Below are positions 37,411 to 44,167 of a stretch of DNA of 44,167 nucleotides, piece by piece. The position numbers and the translations under genes were made by a program. A model generated the notes under the pieces. That model did not search any database, was not told the DNA's origin, and saw only the letters and a list, made by a program, of their open reading frames with translations. Source of the DNA: Cyanophora paradoxa CCMP329 (lineage: Eukaryota; Plantae; Glaucophyta); the NCBI GenBank assembly GCA_004431415.1, contig QPMI01000397.1, forward strand, positions 1-44,167, read 5' to 3'. How positions within the stretch are numbered: the first letter of the stretch is position 1; each line of letters starts with the position of its first letter.

Positions 37411-38727
37411 CTAAGGACCACCCCGTCTGGCAGCCAGGCGGTGCAGACGGTTCCTCGTCCAAGCCCGCGGCCTACAAGGGCGCCGAAGGCTTCGGCATCC
37501 CGCAACATGCTGTAGGGGCTGAGCCTGAGGATCCCGACGTCCCGCTGGGCATCTTTAGGATGCAGCTGGGCCCGACCGAGCGGCCCTGCGCCAGCTCGCC
37601 AACTCCGCGGCTTCCGCGCGGAAGCCCCAGCCGAGGTGGCCGAGCCGCTAGACGCCGAGCGCCCCGGGCGGCGCCTGCGAGCGCCCCCTCTTCCCGCCGG
37701 GCCGCTCCTCTTATGCAGAGGAGGAGTCGCGGCCCCTGTGCCAGCCAGTGCTCCTGAGGCCGAGCCCGACGCCGGCGCCCCTGAAGCGCCCGCGCCCGAG
37801 CCTGAGGGTGAGGCTGGCGGTGCTGCGGAAACCGATTCCGACGCCGAGCCCCCGCCGCCAGAGCGCGCGCCGCGACGCCTGCCCCGCGAGCTCGCCAAGC
37901 TTGCTGCGTCGGCTGGGTTCGCTGAGGCCAAGGCCTCCGCCTCGGCTACTGACGCCGCCACGCGCAAGCGAGCGCGGGCCGCCCCAGAGCGCTTCGCGCC
38001 TCCCGCGCCAGAGTCGGTCTCGCCGCCCCCGAAACGACGAGAGCCGGGCCGGCGCCCGCTGTCGAGGAGCGCGAGGCTCCCTCGGACGCGGAGATGCCCG
38101 ACGCCCCTGAGGGCGACCTGGGCGCCCCGGCCGCGCTGCTAGAGGACGCTCACGCAGAGGCCGAGGCCTCGGGCGAGATCGATGACGAGTCGCTGCCGGA
38201 AGGGCCTGTCCCTCCGACGCCTGCGACGCTGACGGCTTCCCCTCGCTCTTGCGGAGCGAGTCCCGAAGCGCTCGGAAACCGGGCCCGTCGGTGGGGCGCC
38301 AAGGATTTGCCGAGCCGCGGCCCCTGCATCCCGACGCGCTCTTCCCTCGCGGCCCGCCTTGAGGCGGCAGCCTCGAGATGAGTACAACACGCGCCACTGG
38401 CGCTCCCCGGTCGACCCCTCGGATCGGCCGGTGCCGATTCATATTGAGTGGGAGCCGGAGGACCCTGAGGGCGAGCCGCCTCCCGGGCCTCCGCGCCGAC
38501 GCTCGCTCTCCCCGGAGACTGCTCGCCACCAGATCCGCGTTCGGCCGGTCCCCCGGACCCCAAGCCAGCGCCGCGGGCTCGAGGTCGCCCTCTGCCCGCG
38601 GGCAGGCTTCCGACGACGCCGCCCCGCTCGAGCCTGAGACGGTCGCCGCCGAGGCCGCTGCCCGCAGCGGTGGGTAGAACTCGACCCTAGAGGCCGGGAC
38701 GTTCGCCCGCCGTGCAAGCCGGTCTTC

Positions 38728-40389
38728 GTGGATACCGTCCTCGACGCGTGGGCCTGCGGACCCTCGCCAGCCGTCGATGGGGCGCTCCCCGACGCGCTGC
38801 GCCGTATGTTCCCGCCCGAGAAGCGCAAGCGTCTGCTCGCCGCTCAGAAGGAGGATTCCTTCTGCAAGAAGCTTCTCGCCTTCCACGCAGAGGGCGAGAA
38901 TCCAACTGTCTGTACCCGCGGCTCGAGGCGCGACGCAGATCCCTGCTCGCCCAGCTGCGCTCACTGCCTGCGGGCCAAGGAGCGCTTTGCACGCCTGGCC
39001 GGCGAGTTCAGCCTGGCCGACGACGGCGTCATCGAGCGCAACCCCTTGGTCCCTGCCGGCCGGTTCCTACCCGTCTTGCCGGACGCTTGGATCGACAGGG
39101 TGCTCTACGCCTATCACGAGGGCTGGGCCCATCGAGGCGCGCCCGTGATAGCCCGTCGGATCGCCCTGCGGTTCTGGTGGCCTGGCATGTACGCCTCCAT
39201 CGCTCGCTTTGTGCGGTCATGCCCGCACTGTCAGTTCGCGAAGGCCGCGAAGCCCCGCCGTACCGCCATTCAGGTGATACAGCCTTCGGGCAAGGGAGAC
39301 CTGTGGCAGGTGGATATCTTCCACTTGGATATGCACGAAGACGGTTCGCGATACATCATCGCGTACGTCGACGCATACACCAAGTTCTGCTATATCTACC
39401 CGCTCTCCCGTATCTCCGGCGAGGCCTTGCTCGCCACCGCGATCGACTTCTATACGCACGAGGGCGTGCCCGCGCGCATCCTGACGGACCGCGGGTCCCA
39501 ACTCGTTGGGGGCGCGTGGAACGCGTTCTTCAAGGAGAAGGGTACCCGGTTCGTGCACGCGGCCGCCTACCACCACGCCTCGAACGGCGGCGCCGAGCGC
39601 CTGGGCGGAGTCTACAAGACTCTCGCTTACGCCATGTGCCGTGAGCACAAGCGGCCGCTCTCTGACTGGCCTCTTTACAACGCCGATATCGTTCTCGCGT
39701 TGCGGACCACCGTGCACTCCGCCACCGGGTTCTCCCCGATGGTCTTGCACCGCGGTTCTGAAGTGCACCTGCCCTGCGAAGTGCGCTTCGGAGCCGGCGT
39801 CCGCTTCGTGAACCCCGACCACACGCACCCGGCTGATTACCTTCTCGCGATGACGCGAGCTGCCGCGAGCGCCGACGCTGCCTCGCGCGAGTACCGTCGG
39901 TTCTATCGGAACCGCATGGTTGCTCGCACCGGCAACCCGCCTCATCGTCGCCGCTTTGAGGTTGGCGACAAGGTATTGTGCTGGATGGGCGAACACAACA
40001 AAGGGCTGTACAATTCGTGGGTCGGGCCCTACACTGTGACTGGTGTTAACCCTGGCGGTTACACCTACACGGTCAAGGGGTCGGCTAAGCCCTACTCCGC
40101 CAAGGACGATGCCCGTACCCGTCCTCTGCGTGAGACTGTTGCCCACATCGACTGCATGCTTCCGTTCCGCACGCGTCTCTCCGAGTCTCAAGCCCGTCCC
40201 CGCGTTGGTCGGCCTCGGAAGACTGCTGTGAACGCCGACGAGCCGGCGATCGACCCCGCACTCGCGGACTCGCCCGCTCAAGAACAAAATCCACCTCTCG
40301 CCCCTGACGTCGACGCCGAGGGCCCCGAGCGGGCTGCCGAGGGCGACGAGGTTGAGATGGATGACGCGATTTTGGTCGACGACCTGTGA
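38728..40389 (+). CDS. pol: Integrase (HHCC zinc domain, DDE core, GPY/F motif); no chromodomain seen
   Basis: YHEGWAHRG...FWWPGM...CPHCQ; WQVD, ILTDRGSQL, SNGGAER; WVGPYTV; acidic tail. Confidence 0.97.
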   Translation: MDTVLDAWACGPSPAVDGALPDALRRMFPPEKRKRLLAAQKEDSFCKKLLAFHAEGENPTVCTRGSRRDADPCSPSCAHCLRAKERFARLAGEFSLADDGVIERNPLVPAGRFLPVLPDAWIDRVLYAYHEGWAHRGAPVIARRIALRFWWPGMYASIARFVRSCPHCQFAKAAKPRRTAIQVIQPSGKGDLWQVDIFHLDMHEDGSRYIIAYVDAYTKFCYIYPLSRISGEALLATAIDFYTHEGVPARILTDRGSQLVGGAWNAFFKEKGTRFVHAAAYHHASNGGAERLGGVYKTLAYAMCREHKRPLSDWPLYNADIVLALRTTVHSATGFSPMVLHRGSEVHLPCEVRFGAGVRFVNPDHTHPADYLLAMTRAAASADAASREYRRFYRNRMVARTGNPPHRRRFEVGDKVLCWMGEHNKGLYNSWVGPYTVTGVNPGGYTYTVKGSAKPYSAKDDARTRPLRETVAHIDCMLPFRTRLSESQARPRVGRPRKTAVNADEPAIDPALADSPAQEQNPPLAPDVDAEGPERAAEGDEVEMDDAILVDDL

Positions 40390-41066
40390 GAAGCTCGTCC
40401 CATTGCTGTTCCCTTTGCGATCGCTGTGCTTGCGCCGTGGGGCAGATTTCTTTGCCCGCTTTGCCTCAGCCCTGGCTTCCGAGGTGGGACGTGGGTTGGC
40501 TGGTGGCCAATCACGGGGCGCCATCTGGGCCTTTCGTTCCATTTTCTGGGATCTGGGCCCGTCGCTCGTGGAGAGTGGCTGGGTGTAGGCCTCCCGGGTG
40601 CCTGCGGGTCCGTGAGGGGCTCGAGGTTGCTGGCTGGGGGTGCACTCAGTCGTGCCCTATCCTTTCGTTGGGCCTGATGGGCGGCCCGGATACCTCCTCG
40701 CTGGTTTCTTCCCGAGGCGGTGAAACTTCCCATCCGTGCCACTCTCCTTCGGCTCTCGCCGTTGGAGCGAGTTTGGGCCAGCTTTTGGGGGTTTCGAGTT
40801 CTATGCTTTTCCATCTTTCGAGCTTGGCCTGGGGTTGCCTAGGTACATGCACTATGCTGGTATCGGCTCCTATTTCGGTCGCGAGCTATGCTACCTGGCA
40901 TATCTGGTTGCTGACGACGGACATTCTACTTCGAGAGGAGTTCACTCGCCGCCGCCCTGTCGCTGCCGTGGTTGGTGCACACCCCGGCGGTGGGGTGGAC
41001 GCCCCGTCGAGCATGCAGACTCGACGTTCGGCTTGGCGCGGTCCGGTGCGAGGACGCACCGTATGC

Positions 41067-41077
41067 AGAGTGAGGAG
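41067..41077 (+). promoter_or_regulatory. Polypurine tract
   Basis: AGAGTGAGGAG, 1 nt upstream of the 3' LTR. Confidence 0.7.
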
Positions 41078-41078
41078 T

Positions 41079-41334
41079 TGTCGCGTGCCGCGATTCCCTC
41101 GGATTAGGCTAGCCGGCAGTCTATGCGTAGCCGCTAGCCCTAGTCTAGTGCTATCGAGCAGCTAGCTCTAGCACTCTCTGTATTCTGACTTAGCGCCGGG
41201 CGCGACTCCGTTTGGGGGTACGCGATCCCTGGACGGGTACACTTGTGAATAGACCACTTGTGCTCCCAGCTACAGCCCCAGCCCGTGCGTGACCGCACGG
41301 ACGCTGCACCGGGTGGGAATCCTCTCATCCGACA
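41079..41334 (+). repeat. 3' LTR (256 bp)
   Basis: Direct repeat of 22767-23021. Confidence 0.97.
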
Positions 41335-41769
41335 CGTCTGAATGATATCGGGCTTCACCGGAAAGCTTGCTATGAGCTGCCGCAGTGTCGAAAGCAGGGT
41401 CCCCTCGCTTTTATTTTTCATTGGGATGCTGTACGCTTTCCGGGTTACAACATCCACAGCGTTCATGATGAAGTGCACTCCGCGGTTGCTTCTAGCATAG
41501 GGACTGACATCGATCAAATCCACTTCATAATACTTCTCTGGGTGATTATACGTGATACTGGTGTACGGCTTCTCTTTCACCGGTTTTGCAAAGCGCTGAG
41601 CTGTGGACAGCTTCGCGAGCACTGCCTGCACCCTTGCCAGCGGCATCTTCAGCTTCTTAGCTATCCGTGCAGCTGACTGGAGCCCTGTCTCAGGATCATA
41701 GTAAGCATCAGAGATCGACAAAGTCAAGGTTGCCTTCTTGGCTGCCGCCTGTTGCTCGAACGTATTCAT
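41335..41769 (-). pseudogene. Polinton-type rve integrase, N-terminal half, interrupted by the LTR
   Basis: YYDPETG...YEVDLIDV...NRGVHFIMNAVDVVTRKAYSIPMKNK...PDIIQT| then LTR sequence where D-x-G-x-EF is expected. Confidence 0.9.
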
Positions 41770-44158
41770 GGGGAACCGTGCTGTAATATTCGTCAGGAAT
41801 AATCTTTCGTTTCGTATACTCCGTTTTGTTGAGTATTCGGCTGATTGGAATCTGAATTATAGAGCTGAAGTCGATCCCAGCATCGCGTTGCTTTCCATTG
41901 GGCTTGAAAACACGCGCTAGTTTAGAATCTAGTGTGCACTGCGGCTGATAACGTTCCTCTAGCATCCTTGTGAAGGCCTCCAAAGCAATTCGGTTATCAA
42001 GGGATTCCTTCTTTGCCACTGGATCACTCGGGAGCCAGTTCTCCTCTATCCAGCTCTTCGGAATTCCCTTTGCCCGCACATGCAGATCTGGTTCCCCATT
42101 CGACCTCACAAAGTAGCAGCAATAAACCTTCGGACCAATGAAGTAAGCCTCAGTAATTCTCCCTTGGATGTCATAATCTAGTTTCCCCAGCTCGCTCTCG
42201 CAGATCATTCTATTCCCTTCCTCCTCTGACATTCCCTCAACTGAATATGGCTGCTTCATGCAGTCCTTCAAAAGCTCAGCAAACCTCCTGTGCACGATCA
42301 TAGAATCTGTATCTGTGTAGTATGGCATTGCCTCTACGTCCTTATATGAGTTCATCCTCACCAAAAATCGATCCATGATTTCGCGGCTGTAGGAGAGGAT
42401 AAATGCACCAACAAAGCAAGGCTTCGAAACGCAGGCATCCCGCCTATACTCAGGGATCTCAAATGTGACGTACATTCTTGTATCATTCTCTATGTCAATG
42501 TCTGTAATCGTCGATGATCGCTGTATCTCCTTGAATCGTCTGTAGTTTGAGACCAGCTCGGTTGTCTCAATTACTGGACGCTGAGCAAATTTTCCATAGA
42601 GCCCATTCAAGAGGATCTTCGCCGTAGCATACTGGGCGGTTCCCTTTCGTGAGCGTGCTTTCATGCAGTACAGCTTCTCAATGTAATCTTTGAACATTCG
42701 TTCTTTGCCCTCAAACAAGTACACCTCGTGCAGCTCTGTGATCTCAACTCCCAGTGCTAGTGCCCGGTAGATATCGACTGAGGTGTACATTTCTTTCTCA
42801 ATAGGCTTCAAGTTAGACCATCCCAGATTGGCTTCGTGGCGGGGAAGGGGAGAGAGCACAAGATCCTGAGGAATTTTAGCGCTGATCTTCGCAACAAACA
42901 GCTGTTCCATTTTCCTGCTCAGCATAAACTTGCGGAATCGCTCTAGCTCTGCTCCATCGGTGATGCATTTGAATTTACCAGTGGGAAAGTAATTGAAGTA
43001 CATAGCCGTCGGATAGAGGGATACAACGTCTAAATCTACTAGATAATCATCCGGCCCTTTTGAAACGAACTTGCGCTTGAATGGTAGGCATCGCCCTCCG
43101 TAAATCGCTTTGCGAAAAATCTGGTCCTCCTTGTATTTCGGTAGCAGCACTTCCGTTTTCATTAGCTGCCTGTGGATCTGAAAAGCCATCGCCGATGCTG
43201 TCAAGGTGCGCTTCGAATTCACATTAATCCCAAATAGATCAAAACATGTCCGAGCGTACTTAATATACAGCTCAGTCATTGACCGAACGTCAGCTCTCAA
43301 ATATTCGCTCCAGGCTTCCTTGTGAATCTCAACGTCATCCCAAGCTCTTATCTTTCGGTGGTCAAAATCCCCTTTCAAGGTGGTGCACCCGTAGTCCTTC
43401 CCAGCCTGCCGCAGTGAGCCCTGTATGTGCAAGCAGGGATCGAAGCTTTTAAACTCTCCCCCGGCCAGCGTCTTCCACTCCATGCTCTTGATCTTTCCGG
43501 ATGAGCGCATCACCTTGACCTGGCAGTCTGGGCGGTTCTGGACAAGCCACTTATAGATAAATATCAAGTCGAAGCCGCTGCCATTGAAGAATACTAGAGT
43601 CGACTTTTCTTTCCAGTTGTCAAGCCAGAGCATAAACTGTTCCAGAGTTTCGGGGCCGCAGAACGATTTCGTTTCCGTGATCTCTCCTTTGCTAATTATG
43701 TCCATATCGACTGCGTACGGAACGTGGGTCGTGCGGTTGGGTGCAAACGTTTCAAAGTCTGCCGCTATGACTGAGTTTAGGGCCGTAAACTCTTCCTCGG
43801 GCTGAGCGAGGGCATTCTGCGTGCGCATGCGCTCCTGTCGTGTAATGTTGATGGCCATCCAGCGTACGAGTGACGGGAATCCTCGGATGCAGTGGTTGCT
43901 CTCAATCCGAGCATTGGTCTCCTGTATTTCTTTCTGAAGCTGGTCGCGTCGCGTCTTGAGGGTGTTGCGATGTTCCCGCGTCTCCTCCGACCGATTCTCC
44001 ATCTTCCGTCCCTTCTCCTTGATATGTTCAGTGAGCGCTTCGCTTGCCTCGCGAAGCTCCTCCTTGAGCTTGGCGAGCTTGCGAATGTGCGCGTGCGTGA
44101 ACTCGATCATGTCGTGGGTTGAGGTCTGGTACTGTAATGGGATCGCCTTGGTCGCCAT
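41708..44158 (-). CDS. polB: Protein-primed family B DNA polymerase (pPolB), 816 aa
   Basis: Exo I ADFET, Exo II FNGSGFD, Exo III YLRAD; YGGRC; motif A DVVSLYP, motif B KILLNGLYGKF, motif C YTDTDS; KVY and AKGI. Confidence 0.96.
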   Translation of the reverse strand: MATKAIPLQYQTSTHDMIEFTHAHIRKLAKLKEELREASEALTEHIKEKGRKMENRSEETREHRNTLKTRRDQLQKEIQETNARIESNHCIRGFPSLVRWMAINITRQERMRTQNALAQPEEEFTALNSVIAADFETFAPNRTTHVPYAVDMDIISKGEITETKSFCGPETLEQFMLWLDNWKEKSTLVFFNGSGFDLIFIYKWLVQNRPDCQVKVMRSSGKIKSMEWKTLAGGEFKSFDPCLHIQGSLRQAGKDYGCTTLKGDFDHRKIRAWDDVEIHKEAWSEYLRADVRSMTELYIKYARTCFDLFGINVNSKRTLTASAMAFQIHRQLMKTEVLLPKYKEDQIFRKAIYGGRCLPFKRKFVSKGPDDYLVDLDVVSLYPTAMYFNYFPTGKFKCITDGAELERFRKFMLSRKMEQLFVAKISAKIPQDLVLSPLPRHEANLGWSNLKPIEKEMYTSVDIYRALALGVEITELHEVYLFEGKERMFKDYIEKLYCMKARSRKGTAQYATAKILLNGLYGKFAQRPVIETTELVSNYRRFKEIQRSSTITDIDIENDTRMYVTFEIPEYRRDACVSKPCFVGAFILSYSREIMDRFLVRMNSYKDVEAMPYYTDTDSMIVHRRFAELLKDCMKQPYSVEGMSEEEGNRMICESELGKLDYDIQGRITEAYFIGPKVYCCYFVRSNGEPDLHVRAKGIPKSWIEENWLPSDPVAKKESLDNRIALEAFTRMLEERYQPQCTLDSKLARVFKPNGKQRDAGIDFSSIIQIPISRILNKTEYTKRKIIPDEYYSTVPHEYVRATGGSQEGNLDFVDL

Positions 44159-44167
44159 GGTCGCCGC

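Larger units (their letters stand above)
22767..41334 (+). mobile_element. Giant (18.6-kb) Ty3/gypsy LTR retrotransposon, domain order Gag-[unknown cargo]-PR-RT-RH-IN
   Basis: Direct LTRs with TG...CA termini, and gypsy domain order and motifs (see sub-features). No TSD (CGGCC versus CGTCT). Confidence 0.95.
41335..44167 (-). mobile_element. Polinton/Maverick-, PLV- or virophage-like endogenous element (partial; continues beyond the window)
   Basis: Adjacent, overlapping, intronless pPolB and rve integrase genes with visibly lower GC than the gypsy element. Confidence 0.88.

Noticed and set aside
24972-40542. Long minus-strand ORFs inside the retrotransposon (e.g. 27853-29037, 31279-32667, 39217-40542)
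   Set aside because: These are Arg/Gly/Ala-rich antisense shadows of GC-rich + strand coding sequence.
40386-41165. env-like ORF after pol
   Set aside because: It starts at GTG, runs into the LTR, and has no signal peptide or fusion-protein motifs; the hydrophobicity is explained by a T-rich 3' UTR. Not fully excluded.
41140-41334. C-terminal ~64 aa of the 209-aa ORF 41140-41769 as part of the integrase
   Set aside because: It is read-through into the antisense LTR.

Overview
GC-rich eukaryotic (intron-containing, protist/alga-like) DNA made almost entirely of nested mobile elements. From left to right: (1) 1-8193, a near-homogeneous tandem array of a ~480-bp unit (17 full copies plus a partial one); copies differ almost only in homopolymer length, which points to long-read indel error and probably explains many frameshifts elsewhere. 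(2) 8.2-11.6 kb, transposon-end-like sequence containing a complete 1.09-kb non-autonomous hAT element (TIRs, 8-bp TSD, BED-finger remnant). (3) 12-22.8 kb, a compact cluster of spliced genes: two unknowns, an IS3/IS481-like eukaryotic DDE transposase, a RING-H2 plus tandem-PHD protein, and a convergent Ulp1/C48 SUMO-protease-like gene truncated by an LTR. (4) 22767-41334, a giant 18.6-kb Ty3/gypsy LTR retrotransposon with essentially identical 255/256-bp LTRs, in which ~9.6 kb of apparently coding sequence I cannot assign (including an RS-rich domain) lies between the Gag zinc knuckle and the protease. (5) 41335-44167, a Polinton/Maverick- or virophage-like element (protein-primed PolB plus rve integrase) whose integrase is cut by the 3' LTR just before its second catalytic Asp. 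The two LTR flanks share no TSD and belong to different interrupted genes, so the junction is a recombinant or a mis-assembly.
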